From NCBI GenBank assembly GCA_951406725.2, contig OX597827.1:41230001-41294000 (forward strand): a stretch of DNA of 64,000 bases, in the 5' to 3' direction. The notes under the pieces were generated by a model that saw nothing but the letters and a program-made list of their open reading frames with translations, was not told the DNA's origin and searched no databases. Of the stretch, positions 26,456 to 39,500 are shown piece by piece. The translations under genes were made by a program, and so were the position numbers. The stretch comes from Octopus vulgaris. Lineage: Eukaryota. The number at the start of each line of letters is the position of its first letter. Position 1 is the first letter of the stretch.

Positions 26456-26575
26456 GCACCTTTTAGTTTCCATCTACCAAATCCACTCACAAGGCTTTGG
26501 TTGGCCTGAGGCAAAAGAAGACACTTGCCCAAGGTGTCATGCAGTGGGACTGAATCCAGAACCTTGCAAGCTTTT
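26265..26575 (-). mobile_element. CORE-type SINE
   Basis: Family homology. Confidence 0.85.
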
Positions 26576-26727
26576 AAAGTCCAAGACACCAGTTTCATTG
26601 TTATTTAATAACTCATTAGGGTAGTCTCACCTCTCTCTCCTAAGGTACCAAGATAGTGGGGAAACAGCTTATTAAAATATCAGCAGATATGTGCCCAGGT
26701 ACATTTCATTTCTATAATGAATACAAG

Positions 26728-27175
26728 TGTAGGTGTGGCCCTGTGGTAAAGAAGTTCACTTCCCAATCACGTGGTTTCAGTTTCATTTCCACAAGGTGGC
26801 ACCATAGGCAAGTGCTTTTTATAGTCTTGGGCGAATCAAAACCTTGTGAATGGGTTTGATAGATGGAAACTGTAAGAAGCTTACTGTGTGGGTGTATATA
26901 TATGTTTATATATGTATATGTGTGTGTGTATGTTTGTGCCTCCATGTCTTGACATTGCTTGATAATTGTAATTGAGTGTTACTGTCATAGAAGCATTGCC
27001 ATTCATTTCCAGATTCTGCAAAAATGTCCATAGAGAAATATCTCCTTTCTTGGAAGTAGATGAGAGTTGGTGACAGGAATGGCATCTAGCCACAGAAAAT
27101 CTTCCCCGATGAACTTCACTTCATCTGCTCCATGCAAGCACAAAAAAAAAAGTGGGTTTTAGGATGTAGTTGATG
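26728..27175 (+). mobile_element. CORE-type SINE variant with an RTE-like tail
   Basis: Same head and core as the family, but the tail is 'gttggtgacaggaatggcatctagccacagaaaatc'; similar copy at 53445-53790. Confidence 0.7.
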
Positions 27176-27959
27176 AATACAAAGTTGGTGGTTTTATCAA
27201 TGATTATTAGAGTACTAATGCAATATGGATTAAGAATGAATATATATATATATATATCAAGTCATGTCCACGTGTGTTCAGTCTTAAAGCTGAACTCCTG
27301 CTAAATTTTCGCCTTACATTAATTCTGAGCTGGATAATATAAGTACTAGTCAAGTACTTTTACTATCATATCGTGTGTAGAGGAGGAGAAGGAATGGTGT
27401 TAATTATGACATCCTTGAGACTGAGTGTGGGCTGGGTATTATACTACTGCCTTCAGAGGAGGTTATTAACACAACCATTGCCATTCATTTCCAGATTCTG
27501 CAAAAATGTCCATAGAGAAATATCTCCTTTCTTGGAAGTAGATGAGAGTTGGTGACAGGAATGGCATCTAGCCACAGAAAATCTTCCCCGATGAACTTCA
27601 CTTCATCTGCTCCATGCAAGCACAAAAAAAAAAGTGGGTTTTAGGATGTAGTTGATGAATACAAAGTTGGTGGTTTTATCAATGATTATTAGAGTACTAA
27701 TGCAATATGGATTAAGAATGAATATATATATATATATATCAAGTCATGTCCACGTGTGTTCAGTCTTAAAGCTGAACTCCTGCTAAATTTTCGCCTTACA
27801 TTAATTCTGAGCTGGATAATATAAGTACTAGTCAAGTACTTTTACTATCATATCGTGTGTAGAGGAGGAGAAGGAATGGTGTTAATTATGACATCCTTGA
27901 GACTGAGTGTGGGCTGGGTATTATACTACTGCCTTCAGAGGAGGTTATTAACACAACCA
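26994..27959. repeat. Exact 482-bp tandem duplication
   Basis: 'cattgccattcatttccagattctgc' at 26994 and 27476; identical ORF starts at 27373 and 27855. Confidence 0.97.
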
Positions 27960-28248
27960 AATCTGCTGCAGGTGTTTCATTATATTTCTAGACAGGATAC
28001 TTTACCCTTTGTTTCTTTAGTTTACTTTGCTGTCAAGAATAGATACCAGATCTAGGAATATTGGTAGAGATTGACTGCTGTTATCCAGAGAGAGAGAGAG
28101 AGAGAGAGATTTCTCATCCATGTGTGATGAATCCAGAGCTAAGTACTGCCCCTTAAAAGCTATAGTTGATGATCTGTTTGAACTTATGTAAGGTTGATAT
28201 CTGGTGAAAGAATAGCTTGTGGTTGTTGATTTCTCATGTAGTCCTTAA

Positions 28249-28739
28249 CCTTTTTCATACCAACTTCTCTGAGACTGCCTTTGGTTCTGTGATACAAACT
28301 TTCTGTAGAATTTCATGTTATGTTCCAAAATTCCAGCTTAATAATGACAAAATTATTTTTACTATATTCTTTATTCTTTTACTTGTTTCAGTCATTTGAC
28401 TGTGGCCATGCTGGAGCATTGCCTTTTAGTTGAACAAATCAACTCCAGGACTTATTCTTTGTACTTATTCTATCTGTCTCATTTACCAAGCCCCTAAGTT
28501 ACATGGATGTAAACACACCACACACATACACATATATATGACAGGCTTCTTTCAGTTTCTGTCTACCAAACCCACTGACAAGGCTTTGGTCATCCTGAGG
28601 CTTTAGTAGAAGATACTTACCCAAGTTGCCATAAAGTGGGACTGAACCCGGAACCATACGGTTGGGAAGCAAGCTTCTTAGTATTTTTAAAATTAATTGA
28701 AACAAAATGTATTTCAACAGGAATATGGTAACAAAAGAG
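28249..28739. mobile_element. piggyBac-like MITE (second family) with a nested CORE SINE at about 28370-28680
   Basis: TTAA-'cctttttcatacc'...'ggtaacaaaagag'-TTAA; a related inverted copy lies at about 33217-33748. Confidence 0.65.
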
Positions 28740-29713
28740 TTAAGTTTAATTTCTGAAAACTAAGCTACTCTAAAATTGCTAAGTACACATGAATGTTTAT
28801 GCTCCACTCCACTCCCACCCCCTAATTAAATCTTGCCTTATGAATAAGTTCTTAAGCATTAATTAATATATTTACAAATCTGTAAGTTTGCCTTTAGAAT
28901 CAATATAGTTAACCAGCTGAAATACTGTCTGCTACTATAGCCAGAACTAGACAATATACTCACACACTATACACCACTACACTTAGTAGTAAAAATAGAT
29001 AAGGTTCTCTATTTTACCACTTGCAGTGTTTTATAATTGGTGTTTTATTTTAAAACAAGCCATTGCGTTACAGGAATTCCACTTGAACATTTTTCGTTTT
29101 CTTGTCGTGTATCCAGAACAGATCAGTGTGACACTATTCTTTCCTTGTTAAGTTTTGCTTATAGAAGAATTTGTCCTCTATACTGCAGTGTGATTGAAAT
29201 ACTCACCATATGTATAATATACATAGTGATGATGTTAGTTCCAGTGGCCAGCTGTATCCACTGCATGTATAAGTACCTACTTAGAGTGAGATGGACTTTT
29301 GGTGAAATTGTAATACATATTTATAAAGTTGTGGCTGTGTTTCTGTTGCTTAAAGCAGAGAGAAAAATCCTACTCTTCCTTTTGTCCCTTTGACTCAAAA
29401 CAGTGACAACATATAAATCCTCTGTAGCATTTTCTTTCCAATTAAAATTCTACAGAGGGAGGGGGAGGGAGAGAACGATGGTAATGAATGAGGGAAAGAG
29501 TACTCGCATATAAGTATTATTGTTAATTTATTTGGCTGGGCTGTTGATGTTGTTTCTTTACAATAAGATATGTTTTTCAGATGGCCTTCATGGCAAAAAC
29601 AGGACAATAACATATGCAGATGAAGTGCCAAGTGCAAGATATTGTTGTCTGTGTTTATTATTGTTCTGTTTTTGCCATAAATGTCATCTGGGGACACATA
29701 TTCCTGTGCAAAT

Positions 29714-29757
<44 letters not shown>

Positions 29758-31094
29758 CAAATAAGCCTATCTAGTTTCTTTTCAACAGCACAAAGACACA
29801 ATCACTTCTCACAACTCACAAGAAGGAAGTAATCTTACCTACTCTTGAGCAACACATAACAAAAGCCTTTAAAGTTGCTAGGCCTCACAGTCTCTGGTCT
29901 TTCATGGCAACCTTACATTCATAACAGCTAAACCTGTTTCCTAAAGACTAGTCTTACTCTTGAGAACCAGAAAATATTTCAGCTTTGATCAGTTGCTAAC
30001 TTATACAAAGCTAAACAAAGTACTGCTCTACGTGCACATGCACGCACGCGCGCACACACACACACACACACCAATCTCTGACCCATAGATATCCTCTCTC
30101 TGCTTATTCTATAAGTACCGTATCTCTGCTCTTTTGAAGTAGTTGCTTGCCACCACCACCACTTGACATAATTGATTCTTCTTTTATCATCCATAGTGTC
30201 TCACAGGCTCTGCACTAATCTCTGTAATTTAATGTTTCCTCCCCTCAAAATAGCAGTACCCAGGAATTGCCATCTTCCCAATATTTTTCCTGTAGGTACC
30301 AACTCATGGACATAAAAATTGAACAGAGACCCTTAATGGGCCTTCTCACAAAACTGCAGAAAGAGGAGAAAGGTTTAGTTAAACAATGTCTCCTGGTAAC
30401 ACACATACATGATATTAAGATTTCTATGGATATCAGAGCTATGGGTTGTGGCAGGTATATATTTGTTTGTTGTAAATATCTAACCTATTTATACACTATT
30501 ACTAGAGCTTGGCAATCATTGCTCAACTTTGGCAGTGATATCAGCAGTCTGTATCATGAAATGAAATTGTTGCATAACAGCAAACGGTCTGGTGCAGTGA
30601 GAAACTGGCTTACAGTAGATAGTACTGAGAAAAAGGGCAGGGCAACCTTTATCCTCTATTACGTGTAATTGCTCAACAAACAGAACCTCTAGCGTATTGC
30701 TTGATGGTTTTTTCCCTTTTATATTGAAACTATGTTCTAAATCTGTTCTTTATTTCCTTCAATATTCATATATTTTTATTTGGATACATAGACCTTTATT
30801 TTATAAAATGGACTTCATATTTGCCAATCTCAGTATCTATGACACATTACTGAAGCGTGTATCAAGAAATTATATTCAGGATATGATGTTAATGAATATG
30901 TATCTTCACTGTTCTACACTGTGCCTATCTATTTCACATGTAGTACATTATTTATGAATATTGTCCAAACCATGCTAGTATGGAGACTTGATGTTAAATG
31001 ATGGTTATGATAATGATGATAAATAATGAATAAAACAAAACAAAAAAAAAATCTTCCTGAATCCTTAATGGATTGTTAGGTGATCACAAAAGAT

Positions 31095-31200
31095 CTTTAT
31101 TTTTATGTAATTCTGGAGATAAGTCGGCTTGGCAGAGCTGGTTTTCCTTTATTTTTATGTAATTCTGAAGGTAAGTCAACTTGGCAGAGCTGGTTTTCCT
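31095..31200. repeat. 52-bp tandem duplication
   Basis: 'ctttatttttatgtaattctg...ttggcagagctggttttc' at 31095 and 31147. Confidence 0.95.
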
Positions 31201-31926
31201 TTCTGATTTTGGCTACATACCACAGATATGAATGAATAATAAGTGTTGCAGACTTGACTTGCTAGAAGCTTGCTGCCAATCTATGGACTCTGGAAATAAA
31301 TACTATGCTTTCAATTAAATAGATGGCATTTAATTTATAATGTTAACCGACAAAATCATGCAAGTAGGTAAACTATTTATGTTTAGATATTTTAGCTTTA
31401 GTACGTTTCAGTTTATGACAGGCAGTGATGAAAATGTGATTGAAATGCAAAAATAGAAAATAAAAATAAAACCAAATAAAAGGAACTGATTGAATTAAAG
31501 AAACATTGTGGATGCTCTTTGTATTAGCAATTTTTTTTCTTTTTAAACATAATATTCAAAGTTAATCTTAAATTTGTTAAACTTTTACATTACAAAGTAA
31601 TGCAAATAGGTTCCTTTAAAATGTATGAAGAGGTTTCGACAATTTAATTTAATTCTGTCAAATCAAAAGAGACATAAATTGTATACATGCTAGGATTCAA
31701 AATCATCTGAAACTTGGATATGTACTGGTATAAAGATTATGTTATTTACTGAGGAATTTACTGTAGAGGATACAGAATTTAGTGGCCATTACACTGATGC
31801 ATCAACAAGATGCAAGTTTTGAGTTACACTGGGTTCTCAAAGCTTTTTCCTTCCTTCTATAATTAGCCTGAGCTATTCCCAGATTGTTAAGACATGTTAA
31901 GCCAAGTGTAATAGTATTCATGGCTA

Positions 31927-32190
31927 GTGCTGATGACACGTAAGAGGTGCCTGTGCTGGTGACATATAAAAGGCACCTGTGCTAGTGACACATAAAAGGC
32001 ACCCATGTTGGCGACATGTAAAAGGCACCCGCTAAACTCTTGTAGTGGTTGGCGTTAGGGAGAGCTTCCAGCCATGGAAACCAAGTCATACCAGACTGGA
32101 GCCTGGTACAGCTCTCTGGCTTACCAGTTCCAATCAAAACCATCTAACCCATGCCAGCATGGAAAATGGATGCTAAATGATGATGATGAT
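31927..32190 (+). mobile_element. RTE-type 3' end with four 26-bp tandem units and a (GAT)n tail
   Basis: Four 'gtgctggtgacacataaaaggcacc'-like units, then 'gtggttggcgttaggg', 'acccatgccagcatggaaa' and (gat)n. Confidence 0.75.
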
Positions 32191-33339
32191 AATATATATA
32201 GATAAATGTCTAAAACAATTATTGATGTTAATAAAGTAAACTGTAATTGTTTTTGTTAATTGTGGAACAGCATTTGATGTAGTATTGAGGTATGGCAGTC
32301 TTTTATTTTCTGCTGTTGTCTGGCAGTAGCAGTGTTCAGCAGTGACTGGAATTGCAGTGCAGTTGCAGTATTATGGAGTGGTTTCAAAATTCTCATACTC
32401 CAAGCCTAAGTTAATTTATGCTTTCAAGGTCAAATTGTATTCTACTATTTTCATATCAGCTGACTGATTTGTTCCTTTTGCAGGATATCCATCTGGCACC
32501 AGGTGCCAGACTGCTACTGTTGTTGTTGCTGCTGCTGCAGTTGTCTGGAAGTTCCTATATCATTCTTGTCATCTGAATGCTATGTCATATACTATACTGT
32601 ACTCTACTCTACCATATCATGCTGTGCTGTAGCAATGCTTAGAATAGCATACCAGGAGTATTTTGGCTGGTTTTCAATTGGATGATTGGTATTGATTCTT
32701 TTTACATGGAATACTGAAATTTTAAAGTGTGTATTTGCGTGTGTGCGCGCCTGGTATAAATACATAAACGTATGATGTATCCAATATAAATATAAGCATA
32801 CATGCATATATACACAGATACACATGTATTTAAGCTTCACAAATGCTGTTGGTTATGTTATTGCTGTATAATCAATGGTGAAACAGCCAAGTGGATAAGA
32901 TTTGCTACTATTGGTTTGTAAGCCATGAGTTCATGTGCAACTGCAGGCATTTTGCTGTGTTGCTGGGTAGATTACTTAATTCTACGCCGCTTTGCTTCAC
33001 CTGTCTTTCAGAGGATTGGCACTAGATCTATTGAGAGATATTGTCTATGATAGATTAATATTTTTAGCTTAGAGGAATGAATTTCATCAGTCGTCAAGCT
33101 ATGGCCTTATAGACTTTGGGGTTACTGAATTATTTTAACTGCTCACTTATTGTTCTATCCTGAGTGCCATCAAAAAGCAAGTCAGCTTCTAGCCATTACC
33201 TGCCCCTGTCTTCTTGTTAGCCCATTTGTTGCCATATTTCTCTTGATATACACTGCCTTTGTATAATTTTGAAAAAAAAAAAAAAAAAGCAAGAAGCAGC
33301 ATTTTATTAAAATGCTGTTGTTTGTTCCTTCTTGAACCA

Positions 33340-33604
33340 TGCCTGGCTGATAAGGGCCAGTTTCCAGGTTCCCCACCTGGACAGGACGCCGGTCCGTCGC
33401 AGGTGAGCTGCAAGATGCAGGAGGAAAGAGTGAGAGAAAGTTGTGGCGAAAGAGTCAGCAGAAGTTCGCCATTACCTTCTGCCGGAGCTGTGTGGAGCAT
33501 AGGTGTTTTGCTCATAAACACACACATCACCTGGTCTGAAATTCGAACTCACGATCCCTCGTTTGCGAGTCCGCTGCTCTAACCACTAGGCCATATGCCT
33601 CAAC
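33340..33604 (-). mobile_element. tRNA-derived SINE (third family) nested in a piggyBac-like MITE
   Basis: Minus strand reads 'tggcctagtggttagagcagcggactcgcaaacgagggatcgtgagttcgaatt', giving A and B boxes. Confidence 0.75.
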
Positions 33605-35425
33605 ATTTCATTAAAATAATAGTCATTATTAAGCTGGAGTTTGGAACATGAAATTTTGATGTAAGGTTTTAATTTAGATCACTCTAAAATAGGAAGCTTG
33701 TTTCATACAACCAGGGGTGACCTCAAGCAAGTAGGTATCAAGAGTTAATCCAGATAGACAGACAGATACTGTTATCCATTTGGGATTGTTTCACTTCGAT
33801 CAACACAAAAGTCCAGCATTTGAGCACATAAAGCTCTGCTGGGTGGGAAGTTTGCACATTTGATAGAGCATTGAACTGAATTTAGTTTTTTTAAATCCTT
33901 CTCAGTTCCTATGTTCAAATCATGTGTAGGTTGACTTTTGAGTGCTGATAAAATAGGTAGCAGGAGTCCTTTGGAAGCAGTTCAGTTTATCGTATCCCCT
34001 TCCCACAAACTAATGGCTTTGTGCCAAAGTAGAAATTTATTTGTAAGAGTTAAGGCTGGATGGCAGATTTGGTAGAGCACCGGACAAAATGATTTGTGGT
34101 GTCGGGTTACACTCCAGCTTGTGTTCTCTCTATCTCCACTCACAAAATTATGCCAATGTTAGTGATCATTAATATAAAGTTTGGTGAAATAGAAATTGTG
34201 GTATGCCAGACAAAATGCTTGTGGTATTTAGTTCAAATCTTGCAAATGCCAACTTTGCCATTTAACCATGCAGTTCCTGAATATTACCACTCCATTTCAC
34301 CTCAGTTAATGTCTTTTAGAAAAGTCTGAATATCACTCAGTCATAATTTGATCTGCTCTTCTCATCTCATTCTTGTTAAAGAATATCTAGCACACACACA
34401 CACACTGTTTTCATCTTGGCTGTTATAGTCATAATGTTGCAGCTGTTATACCCTCCAGCCTTCTTTGGGTATCAGTTATATTCAGTAATGTTTTTGGAAT
34501 TTGAACCATATCCTTTATTAAATCCATGGGGGTGAACACCAGAGATATTCTTATTATTTATTCCTCTGACTAGTGATGCCAATAGCTTCTCCTACTTGAA
34601 CAAGAATATATGTAGTTTGATTGACACGGGGATTGAACTTGGACCTACTTCCTTAACTACTAAATGTAATATTTGATATTCAATCAGCTCTTATATTCAC
34701 TATCAGGACTAGAGACTCAGTGCCAAAAGCAATTATTGGGTTACTGGAAGTAGGAGTCAGTGAAAATGTATTGATTCTGACTAAAATGTAAACTCTTATA
34801 TGTTGAAATTTCCAATATCACAGATGTTAATTTGAGGATTTTTTTTTTTTGCAATGAAAACAACCAAATCAGATTTAAGAGTTATAAAGGAGGATTTGGT
34901 AGAAGTAATTCAGTTTCTAAGAACAAATTTATTAGTAGATTTAAAATTTTTTTGAGTTAACTCTTAAACTATATATAAGTTTCTGTTAATAAATTTTGTA
35001 GAGATACACTTTTCAATATTTTAAATATAATTTTTAACATATTGCGATCTTCCATGTTACATTCACTTAAATTCTATTTTATAGCCTTTTGTTAAAAACA
35101 GCCTCTTTTCATTTTATTTTATAAGTTTTGTCTGCTGCTTTAATTGTTTGCAACTTCTTAATAACTAATATTAAAGAAGGAGACACCCCACCTTCCAATG
35201 GTGAAATTGTAGCTTTTAAATCTACACTTTAAAATAGAGTTAAGGTACCAAAAAATTGCCTGACAATTCACATTGGTCATGTTAGTTGTATGCTTTCATC
35301 CAACGTAAAAAATGTAAGATTAGTCAAACAATTAGAGGAGCCAGTCATTGGTACCAGAAAATGAGAAATAGAAATCAAATATCTTGTGCATTGATTCCAC
35401 CGTCTTCTTCATGTCCTGTAATACA

Positions 35426-35456
<31 letters not shown>

Positions 35457-36480
35457 GTACACTAAATGCTTTAGCATAGCTGCAGTTGGTTACTTACTGT
35501 TGAACCCAAATCTAACGGTAAATGTCTTTGACTTACATTTATTCAGAAGATGGGTAATATATAGGGGTTTGCCTTAAAACAGAAAAGTGATTGACAGTGA
35601 TGGTCCCTTTTCAAAAGATATCGGTGTAGAAAGAGGTTGAGAGTATTGGCAGTGATGAAGAACTGTTAGTTTCTAATCTGGGCACCTGGTTTTATCCATC
35701 GCTTTACAGATGATGAGGATGTTGAGAGCTAGATTTAAAGATAAGGATGGGCTCCAGAGCATTCCACCTCTCTCAGTAAATTCAAGCCTATAGTTTTCTG
35801 GTTTGTTAACTGATGTCTGTATCCTTTCCCTTCATTGTTGCTTACTATTATTTGATGTAGGATGCATTGCAGTATTCAATTATATCCCTCTACATTTTAA
35901 GTTAAAATCCAGGAAGGGCTGTCTTTACCATCAAGGGGTCTATCTAATTGACTACTTGGTGGCATGTTAGAGCATTGAGCAAAACATGTTTCAAAAGTTA
36001 GTCATATTGAGACAAAATGCCATTGTATTCATTTATTCATGTTTGGTTAAATAAAACAGTAAGTAGCAAGTAATATTTAAAAAGGATTGTTAGTCTGCAA
36101 ACAAAATGGAAAAAGTGTTACCACAGAGGATGGCAAGGGAGATGCACTGAAGCAGCTGCTCTGACCTCTGAAGCTTTCAGTTGTAGATGGTGATCCTCAC
36201 TCTGATAGTGGTGAACAGAGATGTGGCCTGGAGGTCAAGAATGCTGGAGATCTCCACTGCCACAAGCTTGATCACAAATCTGTCAGAGTGGCCAATACTT
36301 CGATAGTTTATTTATTTTATATCACAGTTTGTGAACAAAAACATTGCTTATGGGTTTTCTAATGAGGTTAATCACTGATTTACAGTATTTCTTATCACAA
36401 AAGTAGCTAGACAGTATCTTCAACTCTGTGGACTTTACTCAATGAGCTCTGCTTTTTTGTTGATGTTTACATACATTCTT

Positions 36481-36558
<78 letters not shown>

Positions 36559-36849
36559 AATATAAACATATACACACAAGTCTTTTGCACAATTTCTGTC
36601 TGCTATATTCCATTTATGAAGTGTTGCTTAACTTGAATTCATTACAAACGGTACTTGCCCAAAATGTGCAGTGTGATCAAAGCTGGAACCACACAGTTGC
36701 AAAACAAGATTCATAACTACTCAACCATAACTGCATCCATCCTTTTCCATTCTGAGTTCAAAGCCCGTCTGAGGTTGATAGAATTCATACCAAGTAGGTT
36801 GTTTTAACCAACTATATCTGTCTTTTGAATTTGAAAAATTATTTAGATA

Positions 36850-37180
36850 GGGGGGCTCCAAAAGACGTCTCAGGGGTAGCATCCCTGCCTTCCTGAGCTA
36901 GTTTCCCACCACATTTCTTAAAAATCATGGTAGAGGCCTTGGTCTTGGGACCACTCATGTCTAGAAACTGAAGTTGGAGGTAAGCAAGGGCATGCTCCCC
37001 ATAAAAAATCCAGCTCAAAAAAAAAAACAAAAAAAAAACACTTGATATTTACTATCACCAGCCAGCCCAAAGGTTGGGGTGGGCTGCACCTGCCTACCTT
37101 GGTTGCTATGGCATTGAGGTAGATCCGCCCACCCCTCATTAACGAGTCAAAACCTGGATTTAAAACACTTGATGATGATT
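36850..37180 (+). mobile_element. GC-rich retroposon 3' fragment with a (GAT)n tail, copy 1
   Basis: Highly similar to 43445-43790; ends 'acctggatttaaaacact..gatgatgat'. Confidence 0.75.
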
Positions 37181-37224
37181 GGTAGAATTGAGGTTGAGAG
37201 ATTAGTAGAATCAAAGAATCAAGG

Positions 37225-37440
37225 GTAGGAGATTGGCAGAATCATTGGAATATTGGTTGACTGCCTTGCAGTATTTGTTCTGGTTATTTACATCTCAAGT
37301 TCAAATCTCACCGAGGTCAACTTTGCCTTTCACCCCTCTGAGAGTCAATAAAATAAAATCACCTGTCAAGCTCTGGGGTTGATTCAATCGACTAATTCCC
37401 TCCAGCAAAATTTTTGGCCCTTTGCCGATGTAAGAAATTA
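37225..37440 (+). mobile_element. Meta/MESC-core SINE
   Basis: 'gttcaaatctcaccgaggtcaactttgcctttcacccc'. Confidence 0.75.
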
Positions 37441-38080
37441 TTTTTGCTGCTGCTGCTGTGATTCCTGTAACTGCTGTTGGAATTTCCTCTACTACTATTA
37501 CTGCTGCTAGCCAGTGTCCTTTGCAACCTTTCCTTGTATGACAGGATAATTCCCACTAGATGTATTTGTTAACTCACTGACATTTTTCTACTCCTCAGTT
37601 CTCTTTACAGGGTTGGGGGCTGGGGTGTAAAATAAAAAAGGTCAAGTGATCTACAGATTGAGGTAAACTCTGCCGCCACCACCATTAATAGCTGATAGAT
37701 TAAATCTTTTTAAAAAGCAGCAGCTGAGGTGTAGAGTTGCTGTGTAGGGTTGGTCACAGGAAATCTTATGCGTTTTCTATAAATAGAATCTATATTATTT
37801 TTCTTTGCTTCTGCTAGAGAGAGAGAGAGAGAGTGGGGAGAGAAAAGAGGGGCTTGTCTAACTCGCTCTCTGTTTTTTTTTCCAGAGGTGTATTTTGTCC
37901 ATGTCTCAAGGTGTGTGTGTGTGAGTGTGAGAGAGAGAGAGAGAGAGACAAATACTTGACTTTCCTCATAATCTGACAATTGATATTAATGATATTAGGG
38001 TGTGTGTGTATTATATATATATATATAAATCAGGGTAATAAAAATTTTTTAGTCAACAGACTATATATTATTCATATAAA

Positions 38081-38228
38081 TACAGTGTACATTTAAACAC
38101 ATAAGAGGTATCCATCATAGGATTCCTGGCATGCTTGAAGGAACAGCCAAAATGCAACTGTGATTCCAGCTTTGATCACACTAGAATCCTATGATGGATA
38201 CTTTTTATGTGTTTAAATGTACACTGTA
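38081..38228. repeat. Inverted repeat with 45-bp arms and a 58-bp spacer
   Basis: 38081-38125 versus 38184-38228; 43 of 45 positions complementary. Confidence 0.95.
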
Positions 38229-38399
38229 CGTGTGTATATATATATATATAATATTGCTACCTTGTCATAGGGAAATATCCAATATCTAAAGTAAATTTAA
38301 AATCAAAAATTGAAGATATTCAGCTCTAGTTTACAACAATGACTATAAAAAATAAATACGATATTAAAAAAAAAAAAGGAACCAAACCAGATTACAATA

Positions 38400-38610
38400 T
38401 GAAAGGTGGTGATCTGGACAAATTACTTCAGAGTATTTTGCCCATCGCTACATACTGAGTTCAAATTCTGTCAAGATCGACTTTGCCTTTCCTCCTTTCA
38501 AGGTTTATAAAATAAATACCAGTTGAATACTGGGAGGGGGGGGTGTCGATGAAATCGACTCATCCCCTCCCCCAAAATTGCTGTCCTTGTGGCAAAATTT
38601 GAAACCATTA
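38400..38610 (+). mobile_element. Meta/MESC-core SINE
   Basis: 'gagttcaaattctgtcaagatcgactttgccttt'. Confidence 0.75.
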
Positions 38611-38934
38611 TTACAATATGCTTTTATTTTTCTGTATTTTCTAGCAAATTGGTATATAATGATGAAAGTTTACGAATCCCACAAAAGCAAAAACTAAATG
38701 TAAGTTTCTTTTTCTTTCATTATTTTGTATTTTTTATACCCGACTCTGTATCTGTTCTGGCAGTGGTAGAGTCGGTGGAGTGTCAAACAAAATACCCTGT
38801 TGTATTTAGGTCTACCTGAAGTCTCCTTTGCTTTTCAATCCTTCTTTGATCAGGGAAAAATAAGTATGGAGGGATTGGGGATTTTGATGTAATTTGCCTT
38901 CTACCAAAACACAGTAAAAGAATAAAAGAAATAG

Positions 38935-39500
38935 TCCTCATTCCAAATTGCTAAGTTACAAGGACGTAAACAAACCAACACCAGTTGTGGAGGATAAACA
39001 CAAAGACATGCTCCTACATAAATATATATATACAATGAGCTTCCACCAAATTCACTCACAAGGCATTGGTCAGCGTGGCTTTTGTAGAAAATGCCCAAAG
39101 TGCCACACAGTGGGATTGAACCCAAAACTACATGATTATAATTTATGCAAACATGCCTGTATTTTTTTTTCCTACATTTTATCTGGGTTTGAATAATTTA
39201 ATCTACTTTCTGAACTTGCTTCCCAACCACATGGTTCCGAGTTCAGCCCCATTGTGTGGCACCTTGGGCAAGTATCTTCTATAACTTTGGGCTGACCAAA
39301 GCCTTGTGAATGGATTTGGGAGATAGAAACTGGAAGAAGCCCATTGTGTGTGCGTGTCTTTGTGTCTGTCCTCCACCACTGCTTGACAACTGTTGTTGGT
39401 GTGTTTATGTTCCCATAACTTAGTAGTTCAGCAAAAAAGGCTAATAGAATAATTACCAGGCTTAGCAAAATAAATAAATAAATAAAATACTGGGGTTGAA
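38935..39500. mobile_element. Head-to-head CORE-type SINE pair; the plus copy continues at about 40855-40910
   Basis: Minus copy at 38935-39160, plus copy at 39210-39500; the tail 'ttcaaggttgtgccccagcatggccacagtc' resumes after the insert. Confidence 0.75.

Noticed and set aside
31927-32030. CRISPR-like 26-bp repeats
   Set aside because: The units are contiguous with no spacers and are part of an RTE-type 3' end in eukaryotic DNA.
32484-32502. Microexon after a strong 'ccttttgcag' acceptor
   Set aside because: The following donor 'gtgcca' is poor and the length is not frame-preserving.
33520-33604. tRNA gene
   Set aside because: A and B boxes are present, but the acceptor stem is poor and the sequence continues into a SINE body.
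36100-36370. GC-richer stretch resembling an exon or transposase N-terminus
   Set aside because: In-frame stop, weak donor and no recognisable motif.
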